Below, piece after piece: positions 17,543 through 27,395 of a DNA stretch of 64,000 bases. Source of the stretch: an uncultured Erysipelotrichaceae bacterium. Its GTDB lineage: Bacteria; Bacillota_I; Bacilli_A; RFN20; CAG-826. Location: the NCBI GenBank assembly GCA_900314585.1, contig OMVV01000001.1, forward strand, positions 8,613 to 72,612. Reading direction: 5' to 3'. Position numbers and translations under genes: made by a program. How positions within the stretch are numbered: the first letter of the stretch is position 1; each line of letters begins with the position of its first letter. The notes below the pieces were generated by a model, which made no database searches, was not told where the DNA came from, and saw only the letters and a program-made list of their open reading frames with translations.

Positions 17543-19381
17543 ATGGCATACGGATTACTCTACGATTATTTAGTCGGTCAATGTATCGACGCTTTTACTT
17601 ATTTTGGTGCTCATTATGAAAAAAGAGGCAAAGAAACTGGCTTCGTTTTCAGGTTGTACGCACCATGCGCAACAGACGTTTCAGTTATCGGTGAATGGAA
17701 TAACTGGGATGTTCGTCGCGACAAGATGACAAAAGTTGATGATTCTGGAGCGTGGGAAATATTTATTCCTGGCTTAGTCAATTATCAATCCTACAAGTTC
17801 CATTTCAAAAACGCTTTAGGTCAATACGTTGATAAAGCTGACCCATTCGCATTCTACAGTGAATATCGCCCAGCGACCTGTTCACGTTTATTTGATTACA
17901 CCAACTTTGCATGGCACGATTCTTCATTTATGAAGAGCCGCACCAGAAACTTCGAAAAACCAATGTCAATCTATGAACTTCACTTAGGTTCATGGAAGGG
18001 TGAAGTTAATGGTCGTCTTCTTTCTTACGAAGAAATCGCTGATTATTTAATCCCATATGTCAAAGAACTCGGTTATACCCATGTCGAATTAATGCCAATT
18101 GTCCAACATCCATTTGACGGTAGTTGGGGATATCAAGCCACTGGATTTTATTCAGTTGACTCTCGATATGGTAACCCAAAACAATTGATGTCTTTTGTTG
18201 ACCGCATGCATCAAGCTGGTATCGGTGTCATTTTTGACTTCGCTCCAGTTCACTTTGCTGTCGATGATTACGCGCTCATTAATTTCGATGGCGCGCACCT
18301 ATTTGAACCAAGTGATCCAAAACGCATGTTCTCTCCTTGGGGCAGCGCCTACTTCGATTTAGGCAAAGACCCAGTTCGTTCATTCTTGATGTCCGCGATG
18401 AATTATTATGCGACAATGTTTCACATTGATGGCTTAAGAATTGATGCGGTTAGTAACATGTTATTCTATGATGGTGATAAATCAAAAGGCACGAATGATG
18501 GAGCGGTTGAATTCTTAAAACGCACCAACGGATTGCTCCATTCTCGTCATTCAAGTTTGATGATGATTGCTGAAGATAGTTCCGACTTCTATGGTGTTAC
18601 CAAACCAACCGAATATGGTGGAGTTGGTTTCGATTATAAGTGGGACTTAGGTTGGATGAATGATACTTTGAAATATTATTCTCTCGATCCAATTTATAAA
18701 AAATATGATCACAACAAGTTGACCTTCTCGATGGCCTATTTCTTTAACGAAAACTTCATGCTTCCTTTCTCTCACGACGAAGTCGTCCATGGAAAGGGCA
18801 CTCTCATCAATAAGATGTGGGGATCTTACGATAACAAGTTCGCGTTATTAAGAAACTTATACACCTATCAAATGGGTCATCCAGGTAAGAAACTTTCATT
18901 TATGGGCAATGAACTTGCTAGTTTTGATGAATGGAATGAAAAGAAATCACTTCCATGGGTTTTAAAAACCTTCCCAAAACACGACTCAATTTCCCGTTTA
19001 GTTCGTGATTTAAATTTAATTTACTCTTACGAAAAAGCTTTACATACGAATGAATATAATCCAAACAACTTCAATTGGTTGATGGTGGATAATAGCAATG
19101 ATTCGGTGTTTGCTTTTGAACGTTTCGATGGCGATTCCCGTTTAGTGTTCGTCTTCAATATGACTCCAAACTTCTATAACGATTACGATATTGGTGTCAC
19201 TAAAGAAGGCATCTATGAAGAAATCTTCAATTCCGACAAGGATGTCTATGGTGGGGATAACCAATATAATGGTTTACCATTAAAGACTGAAGATTTCGGT
19301 CCAGAAAATCGTCCATATCACATTCGCATTAAACTCGCTTCCTTTGGAGCGATGATCTTTAAATATAAAGGAGCTAAATAG
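17543..19381 (+). CDS. glgB: 1,4-alpha-glucan branching enzyme (GH13)
   Basis: YELHLGSW, GWGYQ, DGLRIDAV, AEDSS and SHDEVVHGK are present. Confidence 0.95.
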   Translation: MAYGLLYDYLVGQCIDAFTYFGAHYEKRGKETGFVFRLYAPCATDVSVIGEWNNWDVRRDKMTKVDDSGAWEIFIPGLVNYQSYKFHFKNALGQYVDKADPFAFYSEYRPATCSRLFDYTNFAWHDSSFMKSRTRNFEKPMSIYELHLGSWKGEVNGRLLSYEEIADYLIPYVKELGYTHVELMPIVQHPFDGSWGYQATGFYSVDSRYGNPKQLMSFVDRMHQAGIGVIFDFAPVHFAVDDYALINFDGAHLFEPSDPKRMFSPWGSAYFDLGKDPVRSFLMSAMNYYATMFHIDGLRIDAVSNMLFYDGDKSKGTNDGAVEFLKRTNGLLHSRHSSLMMIAEDSSDFYGVTKPTEYGGVGFDYKWDLGWMNDTLKYYSLDPIYKKYDHNKLTFSMAYFFNENFMLPFSHDEVVHGKGTLINKMWGSYDNKFALLRNLYTYQMGHPGKKLSFMGNELASFDEWNEKKSLPWVLKTFPKHDSISRLVRDLNLIYSYEKALHTNEYNPNNFNWLMVDNSNDSVFAFERFDGDSRLVFVFNMTPNFYNDYDIGVTKEGIYEEIFNSDKDVYGGDNQYNGLPLKTEDFGPENRPYHIRIKLASFGAMIFKYKGAK

Positions 19382-19383
19382 TT

Positions 19384-21795
19384 ATGTTCTCTTCCAAAAA
19401 GAAATTCAAAGAAGTCTATCAACAACGTTTAGTTGAAAGATACGGTAATAGTGTTGAAGAAGCTCACCCAAGTGAACTTTACGACATCTTAGGTGAAATG
19501 GTTCGTGATTACGCTGGTAAAGACTGGCGAAATACTCGCGAAGAAGTTTTACACAAAGGTCGCAAACAACTCATCTATTTTTCAATGGAGTTTTTAATTG
19601 GTCGACTTCTTACAAATAACATGCAAAACCTTGGTATCTACGAAGTAGCTAAAGAAGGTTTAGCGGATTTAGGTATCAATATTAACACCCTTGAAGAAGA
19701 AGAAAGTGATGCTGGTTTAGGTAATGGTGGTCTTGGCCGTCTTGCCGCCTGCTTCCTCGATTCAATTTCTTCACTCGGTTACCCAGTGATGGGAAATACG
19801 ATTCGTTATGAATATGGTTTCTTCCGTCAAATTATTCAAAAAGGCCGTCAATTTGAAGTCCCAGATCAATGGCTCACAAACGGTTTTGTTTTTGAAACCA
19901 GAAAATCAAAACATGCGGTTGAAATCGAATTTGGTGGTTCATCTGAATCTTACATCAAAGAAGATGGAAGCTTTGGTTTAAGAACCGTCGGTGCAACTCA
20001 CGTTAAAGCTGTTCCATATGATGTTTCCATCATCGGTTATCGTAATGGCGTCTGCAACACCCTTCGTCTTTGGAGTGCTGAACCAAGTGAAGAAAACCTT
20101 CCAAAAGGTGTTCCGTTTGAAGAATATTTATCGACCTTAAAAGAACTTTCACATGGTTTATATCCAGATGATTCCACTCAAAAAGGCCGCATTCTACGTT
20201 TAAAACAACAATACTTCCTCGTTAGCAGTGGTCTTCAATCAATTCTTCGTGGTCACATGAGAGAACATAAGACTCTTCTTAACTTACATGAATACTATGT
20301 GTTCCAACTTAACGATACCCACCCAATTTTAGCAATCCCAGAATTAATGAGATTAATGATGGATGTCTATGGTTATGGTTGGGATGAATCATGGAATGTT
20401 GTCACTAAATCAATTGCCTACACCAACCACACCATTATGGCGGAAGCACTTGAAAAGTGGCCAATCGAATATGTCCAACAAGTTTGTCCACGTTGCTATA
20501 TGATTATCGAAGAAATCAATCGTCGTTTTAATCAATATCTCGATTCCAAGGGTGTTGATGCTGGAACTCGCTATGCAACTCAAATTATTAAAGACGGTCT
20601 TATTCATATGACCAACTTAGCAATCTTTGCCTCCTTCTCAATCAATGGTGTTGCGAAGCTCCATACCGAAATTTTGAAGAAAGAGACATTTAAAGAATTT
20701 TATTCTTTATTCCCAGAGAAATTCAATAATAAAACCAATGGTGTTACTCAGCGTAGATGGTTGATGTATTGTAATCCACGTCTTTCTAAACTTATCGACG
20801 ATAGAATCGGTGAGGCTTGGAAGACCGATATGGAAGATGAGGTTATCAAACTCAAACCATACGCAAATGATAAGAAAACAAAGGAATTATTCCTTGATAT
20901 TAAGCATGAAAATAAAGTTGCTCTAGCAAAATATATCAAAGAGAAGATGAATATCGATGTCGATGTTAACTCCATCTTTGATGTCCAAGTTAAACGACTT
21001 CACGCTTATAAACGTCAACTAATGAACATCTTCCATGTTATATACTTATATAACAGATTCAAATCTGATCCTAACTTCAAGATTTATCCACGTACATTCA
21101 TCTTTGGTGCGAAAGCCGCTCCAAGCTATGTTTATGCGAAGAAGATTATTCAATTAATCATCTCGGTAGCAGATGTCGTTAATAACGATCCACAAGTTAG
21201 CAAATATATGAAGGTCATCTTCATTGAAAACTATGGTGTTTCCTTGGCTGAAAAGATTATTCCTGCTGCTGATGTTTCTGAACAAATCTCAACTGCATCA
21301 AAAGAAGCTAGTGGAACTTCAAATATGAAGTTCATGATGAATGGTGCAATCACCTTAGGAACCCTCGATGGTGCGAACGTTGAAATCCGTGATTTTGTTG
21401 GTGATGATAACTGTGTTATCTTCGGTTTAACCTCCGAACAAGTTTTAAATTACTATGCAAACGGTGGATATTCAGCTTGGGAAGAATATCAAAATAACCC
21501 AATCGCTCATGAAATTATGGATTCACTACGTAATGGCCCATGGGTTACAAAACCAGATAAGTTCAACCTCATCTTTGATGAAATTATGAATAACAACGAT
21601 TGTTACTTTATTCTCAAAGATCTTCCTGAATATATCAAAGCTCAACAAAAGATCGAACAACTCTATTTAAATAGAGATAAATGGGCTGAAATGTGCTTAA
21701 TCAATATCGCTGGTAGTGGATTCTTCTCCTCTGACCGTACGATTAAAGACTACGTCAAAGATATTTGGCATTTACAAAAAATCACTAAAAAATGA
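19384..21795 (+). CDS. glgP: glycogen/maltodextrin phosphorylase (GT35)
   Basis: GLGNGGLGRLAACFLDS and the PLP site EASGTSNMKFMMNGA are present. Confidence 0.95.
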   Translation: MFSSKKKFKEVYQQRLVERYGNSVEEAHPSELYDILGEMVRDYAGKDWRNTREEVLHKGRKQLIYFSMEFLIGRLLTNNMQNLGIYEVAKEGLADLGININTLEEEESDAGLGNGGLGRLAACFLDSISSLGYPVMGNTIRYEYGFFRQIIQKGRQFEVPDQWLTNGFVFETRKSKHAVEIEFGGSSESYIKEDGSFGLRTVGATHVKAVPYDVSIIGYRNGVCNTLRLWSAEPSEENLPKGVPFEEYLSTLKELSHGLYPDDSTQKGRILRLKQQYFLVSSGLQSILRGHMREHKTLLNLHEYYVFQLNDTHPILAIPELMRLMMDVYGYGWDESWNVVTKSIAYTNHTIMAEALEKWPIEYVQQVCPRCYMIIEEINRRFNQYLDSKGVDAGTRYATQIIKDGLIHMTNLAIFASFSINGVAKLHTEILKKETFKEFYSLFPEKFNNKTNGVTQRRWLMYCNPRLSKLIDDRIGEAWKTDMEDEVIKLKPYANDKKTKELFLDIKHENKVALAKYIKEKMNIDVDVNSIFDVQVKRLHAYKRQLMNIFHVIYLYNRFKSDPNFKIYPRTFIFGAKAAPSYVYAKKIIQLIISVADVVNNDPQVSKYMKVIFIENYGVSLAEKIIPAADVSEQISTASKEASGTSNMKFMMNGAITLGTLDGANVEIRDFVGDDNCVIFGLTSEQVLNYYANGGYSAWEEYQNNPIAHEIMDSLRNGPWVTKPDKFNLIFDEIMNNNDCYFILKDLPEYIKAQQKIEQLYLNRDKWAEMCLINIAGSGFFSSDRTIKDYVKDIWHLQKITKK

Positions 21796-22280
21796 TCGAT
21801 TTAGAAGAACTTTATAGCCTTCAAGCATCATTAGATGCTGAAATAGCTAATAACCATCATGTGACTTACGAGTCCACTTTTGAACGTCGCCTTTTAGCAC
21901 TTATCGTAGAAATCGGTGAACTTGCTAATGAAACAAGATGCTTTAAGTATTGGTCAAATAAAGGTCCATCTGCAAAAGAAGTAGTGATGGATGAATTTGC
22001 TGATGGAATTCATTTCCTTCTATCTTTAGGTATTCCTTTACACGCGAAAAAATATAAATATGAAATAAAGAAAAGCGATCTTGATTTAACTAGACAAATT
22101 CATGAAATTTATAAAGCTTCCATCGCTCTTCTTGATCATTATGATTTAGCTCACTATGAGGATGCATTCCAAAAATATCTAAACTTATCCGCATCAATCG
22201 GGATGAGTGAAGATGAGATTATCTCCTCATATAAAGCCAAACTAAAAGTTAATCACGTTAGACAGGAAACAAATTATTAA
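21792..22280 (+). CDS. all-alpha NTP pyrophosphohydrolase, dimeric-dUTPase-like
   Basis: The pattern EIGELANE...EFADGIHFLLSLG resembles the small Firmicute dimeric dUTPase family. The start overlaps the glgP stop (ATGA). Confidence 0.55.
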   Translation: MIDLEELYSLQASLDAEIANNHHVTYESTFERRLLALIVEIGELANETRCFKYWSNKGPSAKEVVMDEFADGIHFLLSLGIPLHAKKYKYEIKKSDLDLTRQIHEIYKASIALLDHYDLAHYEDAFQKYLNLSASIGMSEDEIISSYKAKLKVNHVRQETNY

Positions 22281-22302
22281 GAAGGCATAAGCCTTCTTTT
22301 TT
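22281..22302. terminator. bidirectional terminator
   Basis: GAAGGC-ataa-GCCTTC followed by TTTTTT, between convergent genes. Confidence 0.75.
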
Positions 22303-22732
22303 ATAACAATTTATCGATTTCGGCTTCGCTATAGACTTCGATGCCGTGTTCTTTTAAGATGCGAGCAGTCACTCCTAAACCAGGAATGAGACGGTCCATA
22401 AAGTATCCATTATGAATCATGTGAGTGCCACATGAAGGAGAATTCTCTTTTAAGACAGCCTTAGTAATGCCTAAATATTTGCATAAAGCTAAAGCTTTAT
22501 TTGCGCCAAGTTCAAATTGACGAGTAACGTTTTTGCCAGACTTATGATAAACCTGTGAGCCTTTGATTTCGCTTGGTTCACGAGGAGTGGATAAACCGCC
22601 TTCAACTTCTGGACAAAAAATGACTAATTCATATTTTTCTTTTAGTCTTTCAATGTCAGGGCAATATTTGCCTTGACCTTTGTAGTTAGTCTTTTCACCG
22701 ACTAAACAGGCACTAACTAAGATTTTTTGCAT
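22301..22732 (-). CDS. DUF523-family protein (TudS/thiouracil desulfidase-like)
   Basis: KILVSACLVGEKTNYKG and CPEVEGGLSTPREP match the DUF523 signature as I remember it. Confidence 0.7.
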   Translation of the reverse strand: MQKILVSACLVGEKTNYKGQGKYCPDIERLKEKYELVIFCPEVEGGLSTPREPSEIKGSQVYHKSGKNVTRQFELGANKALALCKYLGITKAVLKENSPSCGTHMIHNGYFMDRLIPGLGVTARILKEHGIEVYSEAEIDKLL

Positions 22733-22791
22733 GCTTTTATTCTAAATAAATAAGTAATAATTCTCAATCGAATATAGTAAAATCTTGTTTG

Positions 22792-23412
22792 ATGAAACAA
22801 AAAGAAATTGAATTTATCAAAGATGAGAAATCCTACAAGGTAATCGTCACTTATAAATGGATTCGTAATTCATATTATCAATATCGTGATGGTGTTTTTT
22901 ATGTTTCCGCGCCATATGGAATGTTACCCGGAATGATCCTAAAACAGATCGATAAATTCTTTCCTCGTTTAACTAAACAAAACTCCACAAATGTCGAACA
23001 TTTTTCTTTTGAAAACGACTTTGTTTATCTCCTTGGAGAAAAAGTTTCATTATCTTCACTAAATATTAAAAACGACGACGAATTACGCGTCTTTTTGAAA
23101 AAAGAAGCCTTAAAAGTCATTAGCGAAGAAGTTAGAAAATACGAGCAAATCATGGATATTAATAATCCATATAAAATAAGAATAAAAGAGACAGTTAGAC
23201 AATATGGTTCAAATTCAAAACGAACCCATTCATTATCATTTCAGACCTCACTAATTCATTATTCCTTAGAAATAATTGATACGGTGGTGGTTCACGAACT
23301 TGCTCATGAATATCAGCGCAATCACCAAAAAGGTTTTTATGATATTGTTTATAAGTACTCACCTAACTACAAAGCTCTGCAACGTAAATTAAAAAGAGGA
23401 ATCCATCAATGA
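22792..23412 (+). CDS. YgjP/DUF45-like zinc metallohydrolase
   Basis: C-terminal VVHELAHEYQRNHQKGFYDIV contains HExxH plus a downstream H. I prefer ATG 22792 to the track's TTG 22789. Confidence 0.7.
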   Translation: MKQKEIEFIKDEKSYKVIVTYKWIRNSYYQYRDGVFYVSAPYGMLPGMILKQIDKFFPRLTKQNSTNVEHFSFENDFVYLLGEKVSLSSLNIKNDDELRVFLKKEALKVISEEVRKYEQIMDINNPYKIRIKETVRQYGSNSKRTHSLSFQTSLIHYSLEIIDTVVVHELAHEYQRNHQKGFYDIVYKYSPNYKALQRKLKRGIHQ

Positions 23413-24125
23413 TTAAAGAAATCAAATCTCGTCAAAACGAACAGATTAAAAGAATCGTCAAATTGAACGATTCAAAATATCGAAACGAAGTTAAAGAGTT
23501 CAAAGTTGATGGTTTTCATATGTTTGAAATGGCGATGCAAGCAGGTTTGGTGAAAGAAATCTATGTTCTAAAGCCAATCAAAGACGTTGATATCCCACAA
23601 TTTGTTGTTTCTAAAGAAGTGATGGAAAAAATATCATCAACAAAATCCCCACAAGGCATTGTGTCGGTGTGCAAAATGTCTGAGAAAAAAGAGGTTAAAA
23701 ATGATAAGGTTTTATACCTCGATGACGTCTCTGATCCAGGCAATTTAGGAACGATTCTTAGGACTGCTCTTGCGTTTAACTTTTTAGATGTTGTTTTAAG
23801 CGAGAATTGTTGTTCAATTTATAATGATAAAGTTTTGCAAGCTTCACAAGGTGCTATATTTAAATTAAATATAGTTAGTGGCAAAAAACTCAAAGATTTA
23901 AAAGCAAAAAGTTATCAAGTTTTAGCGACCGAAATCAAAGGTTCAATCTCTTTGAAAGACGTCAAAATTAAAGATAAATTCGTCCTTGTTTTAGGCAATG
24001 AAGCGCATGGAGTTAGCCAAGAGATCTTAACTCTTGCTGATCAACGAGTTAGAATCGATATCGAAAACATCGAATCTTTAAATGTCGCAATTGCTGGTGC
24101 AATAGCGATGTATTCACTTAAATAA
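23409..24125 (+). CDS. TrmH/SpoU-family RNA 2'-O-methyltransferase
   Basis: PGNLGTILRTA, LVLGNEAHGVS and SLNVAIAGAIAMY are present. Sits upstream of pheST, like B. subtilis ysgA. Confidence 0.85.
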   Translation: MIKEIKSRQNEQIKRIVKLNDSKYRNEVKEFKVDGFHMFEMAMQAGLVKEIYVLKPIKDVDIPQFVVSKEVMEKISSTKSPQGIVSVCKMSEKKEVKNDKVLYLDDVSDPGNLGTILRTALAFNFLDVVLSENCCSIYNDKVLQASQGAIFKLNIVSGKKLKDLKAKSYQVLATEIKGSISLKDVKIKDKFVLVLGNEAHGVSQEILTLADQRVRIDIENIESLNVAIAGAIAMYSLK

Positions 24126-24209
24126 TTTTTTGTTTATTTTATTTATCATTGATAAAGGCTTTTTTTGTGTTGTAAACTATAACTCGTAAAGAAAGGAAGG
24201 GGTTAAATT

Positions 24210-27068
24210 ATGAAAAAATTTAAACTCATGACAGGTCTCCTCCTTGCATCAACACTCGTTTTGACAGGTTGTAATTTGCTTGGTGGAACCTCGAAGAAGC
24301 CGAAGAAGAAAACAAGTAGCACTTCTTCTATTACTACTAGCGTCAATCCAAGCTCAAGTGGTAGTGGCTCTTCTTCTGGTGGTGAAGAAACCGTCACTGT
24401 CACATCAATTACCGCTGATAATCCTAAGACCTCTTACATTGTTGGCGAAGAATTTGTTAAACCTAAAGTAACTGCTCAATATTCCGACTCTTCATTGAAG
24501 GATGTTTCCGAATATGCGGTCTTCTCTGGCTATGATATGTCCATAGACGGTAACCAAGAAGTTAAGGTTTCATACGAAGAAAACAATGTCACAGTTGAAA
24601 CTTCATACACAATTAGTGTTGCACCAATCACCGTTGCATCGATTGCTATTAGCAATCAAAAGGTGAAATATAACGTTGGTGATGAATTTGAAAAACCAAC
24701 TGTTACTGCTACTTATAATGACAAATCAACCAAAGATGTTTCTGCTCAAGCGACATTTAGTGGTTATGATATGTCAAAATCTGGTGTCCAAACTGTCACT
24801 GTTTCATTTGAGGAAGATAGTGTTAAAGTTTCCAAAACCTATGACATTAGAGTTTTAGGAACCGATTGGACTGAAGATGAAAAGACTTTCTTAAAAGAAA
24901 ATCTCAACAACAATTTACTCCCATTCACAAGTGCGATTTGGGAACTCATTTCTAAAGATAGTGGTTGCCAATTAAAGACCCCAGACACTGATAAAGCATC
25001 AGTTGTTGCTACTTTTGAGGCCGCTCAAGGTTGGGAAGCCGCTGGCGTCGATAGTTATGGCGATCCATATTACGTCTACGTAATTGATGGTGTTGGCCGC
25101 GTTGTTGTTAACGTTTGGGCTAACAGCAGTGGTTACACCATTATGGATGCTGTTTTCCAAGCAAAACAATCCAGAACAACTGATACCGAATGGCCAGAAG
25201 CATACCAAGCATTCTTTAATGAATTCTTTGAAGGTGAAACCTTACCATTCTATCAATTCGGTGAAAACTACGAAATTTATGATTCATCTTTATTAGAGAT
25301 TGTATTCTATGACTATTTCGATGAAGACTTACGCGAAGCTTATGGTGGAGTTCTTGCTGAAAACGGATATTCACCAGATCCAGAAGTCGCTAACAAATAT
25401 TCAAAAGCATTTGAAGATGGCGTTATGACTATCAGCATCGATTACACAATCGATGGCGGTAATGGTGTCTTTGTTGTCTTCGAACCAGTAATTCATGAAG
25501 CAACAAGTTGGCCAGAAATCCCAGAATTAGCTGAAATCGAAGCATATTCTGGCGTTAGCGTCCCACACTTCACTGCTTCTAAATATGGTTGGTACGTTAG
25601 ACTTGGTTATGTAATCATTGAGTGTGAAACAACTTCTAACCTTGCTGGACAATATTATCAAGACGTTACAAATCTTGGATTAATTTGTGAAGCCGAGACT
25701 GATTCTGCTGATGATGTTATCGGCGGCAGTGCATTCGATTGGGAAGAAAAAATCTCGATTGAATTTAATGCTTCTGGCGATTATAACGACGAATATGAAT
25801 TTGTTCCAGATGGATTCTCAATTGCTGTTGCTTCTTCAACACCAACTTCAACTTTTGTTGAAGAATGGCCAGCTGAATACATTGCAGCATACTTAGCACA
25901 ATACGAAATTACCGAAAACGATATTCCAACTTTAGCAAAACCTGCTGGTAAGGATTACAAGGTTAAATACCTTTCATTCGATGAGGCTTACCAAGAGCTT
26001 TACGAAGAGTATTACTTCTACATCGTGATGGGTTTGATTACCGAAGAACAAATCGCTGAAATGGCCCAATCTAACGTTGGTGTTTACGTCAGCGCTTATG
26101 ATCCAGAAGGAACCGGTGTTGAAGCATATAATGCATTATTCAATTCTTCTTGGGAGAAGAGTGAAGAAACCGATGAAGATACCGGTGAAGTGTTATACAC
26201 TTACTGGACCAAGGGCAGAATCACCGTTTGTGTCTATGGCACAACTGGTGTTGTCTACGCTCAAATCATGGAACCAGGCGAAGCTCCTGTTGAAGGCTCG
26301 GTTACCTTCCTTCCTTCCGATACAGATCCTGTTGATGGTGGTTCAGCCGGTGTTTCCGCAACTATTGAAAAAGATGGTGTAACAGTTACATCAGTTGGTA
26401 CAATCACCGCTGATCAAATCCGTGTCTTTAAAAACAAGACAATTACAATCTCCAGTGAATACACAATTACTAAGATTGAATTCACTTGTACAGCTAAAGG
26501 CGACGCGAAATACGGTCCAGGCGGTTTCACAGCAAGCGCAGGCGAGTACACATATAGTGAATACGTTGGTACTTGGACCGGTAGTGCAAACTCCGTTACA
26601 TTCACAGCATCTTCTAACCAAGTTAGAATTACCAGTATGACCGTCTATTATGAAGCTGAAGGCGGTCAAGGTGGCGGAGGCGGTGGTGAAACCACAGTTT
26701 ATAACGCTGCTAAAGTCAGCGCTGATATTAACGCTAATTTATCAGCTCAAGGTGTTTCATTAACTTGGGACGATGAAAATCAAGAATATGGCCTTGGGGT
26801 TGGCTTAGGTTCATCGACTGATGAATCTGAATCAAACTTATTAGCTGCATGCAATACTCTTGCTTCATTCCTTCCTGATTATTTGGTTGCTGGTTCATCA
26901 TTCTATGGTGACCCAACCGCTGCTGATTATGAAGACATCTTTGGCGATGGATCAATCTATTACTACATGGATTTTGATTCTCCAGATCAAAAATCATATG
27001 TCACCATTGTTTCTTATGTCTACAATGGAACATTAGCGGCACAAATGTCTGTTGCTGATGCTGAATAA
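24210..27068 (+). CDS. large acidic surface lipoprotein with tandem Ig-like domains
   Basis: Signal peptide with lipobox LVLTG-C (Cys21), then a Ser/Thr/Lys/Gly linker and two 78-aa Big_3-like repeats. The body is long and rich in Asp/Glu/Tyr. A Gly run (GGQGGGGGGE) lies near 26657-26689. SD AAGGAAGGGG upstream. Confidence 0.85.
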   Translation: MKKFKLMTGLLLASTLVLTGCNLLGGTSKKPKKKTSSTSSITTSVNPSSSGSGSSSGGEETVTVTSITADNPKTSYIVGEEFVKPKVTAQYSDSSLKDVSEYAVFSGYDMSIDGNQEVKVSYEENNVTVETSYTISVAPITVASIAISNQKVKYNVGDEFEKPTVTATYNDKSTKDVSAQATFSGYDMSKSGVQTVTVSFEEDSVKVSKTYDIRVLGTDWTEDEKTFLKENLNNNLLPFTSAIWELISKDSGCQLKTPDTDKASVVATFEAAQGWEAAGVDSYGDPYYVYVIDGVGRVVVNVWANSSGYTIMDAVFQAKQSRTTDTEWPEAYQAFFNEFFEGETLPFYQFGENYEIYDSSLLEIVFYDYFDEDLREAYGGVLAENGYSPDPEVANKYSKAFEDGVMTISIDYTIDGGNGVFVVFEPVIHEATSWPEIPELAEIEAYSGVSVPHFTASKYGWYVRLGYVIIECETTSNLAGQYYQDVTNLGLICEAETDSADDVIGGSAFDWEEKISIEFNASGDYNDEYEFVPDGFSIAVASSTPTSTFVEEWPAEYIAAYLAQYEITENDIPTLAKPAGKDYKVKYLSFDEAYQELYEEYYFYIVMGLITEEQIAEMAQSNVGVYVSAYDPEGTGVEAYNALFNSSWEKSEETDEDTGEVLYTYWTKGRITVCVYGTTGVVYAQIMEPGEAPVEGSVTFLPSDTDPVDGGSAGVSATIEKDGVTVTSVGTITADQIRVFKNKTITISSEYTITKIEFTCTAKGDAKYGPGGFTASAGEYTYSEYVGTWTGSANSVTFTASSNQVRITSMTVYYEAEGGQGGGGGGETTVYNAAKVSADINANLSAQGVSLTWDDENQEYGLGVGLGSSTDESESNLLAACNTLASFLPDYLVAGSSFYGDPTAADYEDIFGDGSIYYYMDFDSPDQKSYVTIVSYVYNGTLAAQMSVADAE
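24393..24860 (+). repeat. two tandem 234-nt (78-aa) Ig-like domain repeats inside the lipoprotein gene
   Basis: VTVTSITADNPKTSYIVGEEFVKPKVTAQYSDSSLKDVSEYAVFSGYDMS... aligns with ITVASIAISNQKVKYNVGDEFEKPTVTATYNDKSTKDVSAQATFSGYDMS... Confidence 0.7.
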
Positions 27069-27086
27069 GACAAAAAATCCTAACTA

Positions 27087-27111
27087 AGGGCTGGTTATCC
27101 GGCCCTTTTTC
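27087..27111 (+). terminator. intrinsic terminator of the lipoprotein gene
   Basis: AGGGCTGG-ttat-CCGGCCCT followed by TTTTT. Confidence 0.85.
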
Positions 27112-27171
27112 TTTGTCATTTTTCATAAATATTTGATATTTATCTTAGCAAACAAATAAGTTATAATATTA

Positions 27172-27378
27172 TCGCGTTGACGAGAAGTAGTACCTCCAGA
27201 AACGTTTACAAATAGGGAATGTGGAATAGTGGAACCCACAAGTTGTAAACGGGAGCGAATTCACCTCTGAGCATGTTAGTGAATAACCGTTAGTCGCGTT
27301 AAGACTTAGTGCAACAAAACAATGTTGAAAAAGGATGGCACCACGGGGAAACTCGTTCCTAGTGTGTCATTTTATTTT
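27172..27378 (+). promoter_or_regulatory. T-box leader, Phe specifier UUC
   Basis: CGTTGACGAGAAGTAGTA, AGGGAA and GTGGAAC are Stem I motifs. The specifier reads GAA-TTC-A (TTC at 27260-27262) followed by CCTCTGAGCA. The T-box sequence AAGGATGGCACCACGGGG lies at 27331-27348. It ends in an imperfect terminator hairpin plus a T-rich tail. Confidence 0.85.
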
Positions 27379-27395
27379 ATAAAAAGGAGAAAAAT

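Noticed and set aside
21792-21795. Mycoplasma-type genetic code (TGA = Trp).
   Set aside because: TGA terminates glgP, mutS2 and the AbrB-like gene exactly where the next gene starts (ATGA overlaps). The conserved proteins use TGG for Trp and contain no in-frame TGA.
24203-26997. Many 60-100 aa alternative-frame and antisense ORFs inside the lipoprotein gene (for example 24203..24403 -, 24280..24471 +, 26077..26382 +, 26391..26669 -, 26734..26997 -).
   Set aside because: None has an SD or a recognisable motif. They are explained by the stop-poor composition of this gene. I noted that composition as a property of the lipoprotein gene, not as evidence of separate genes.
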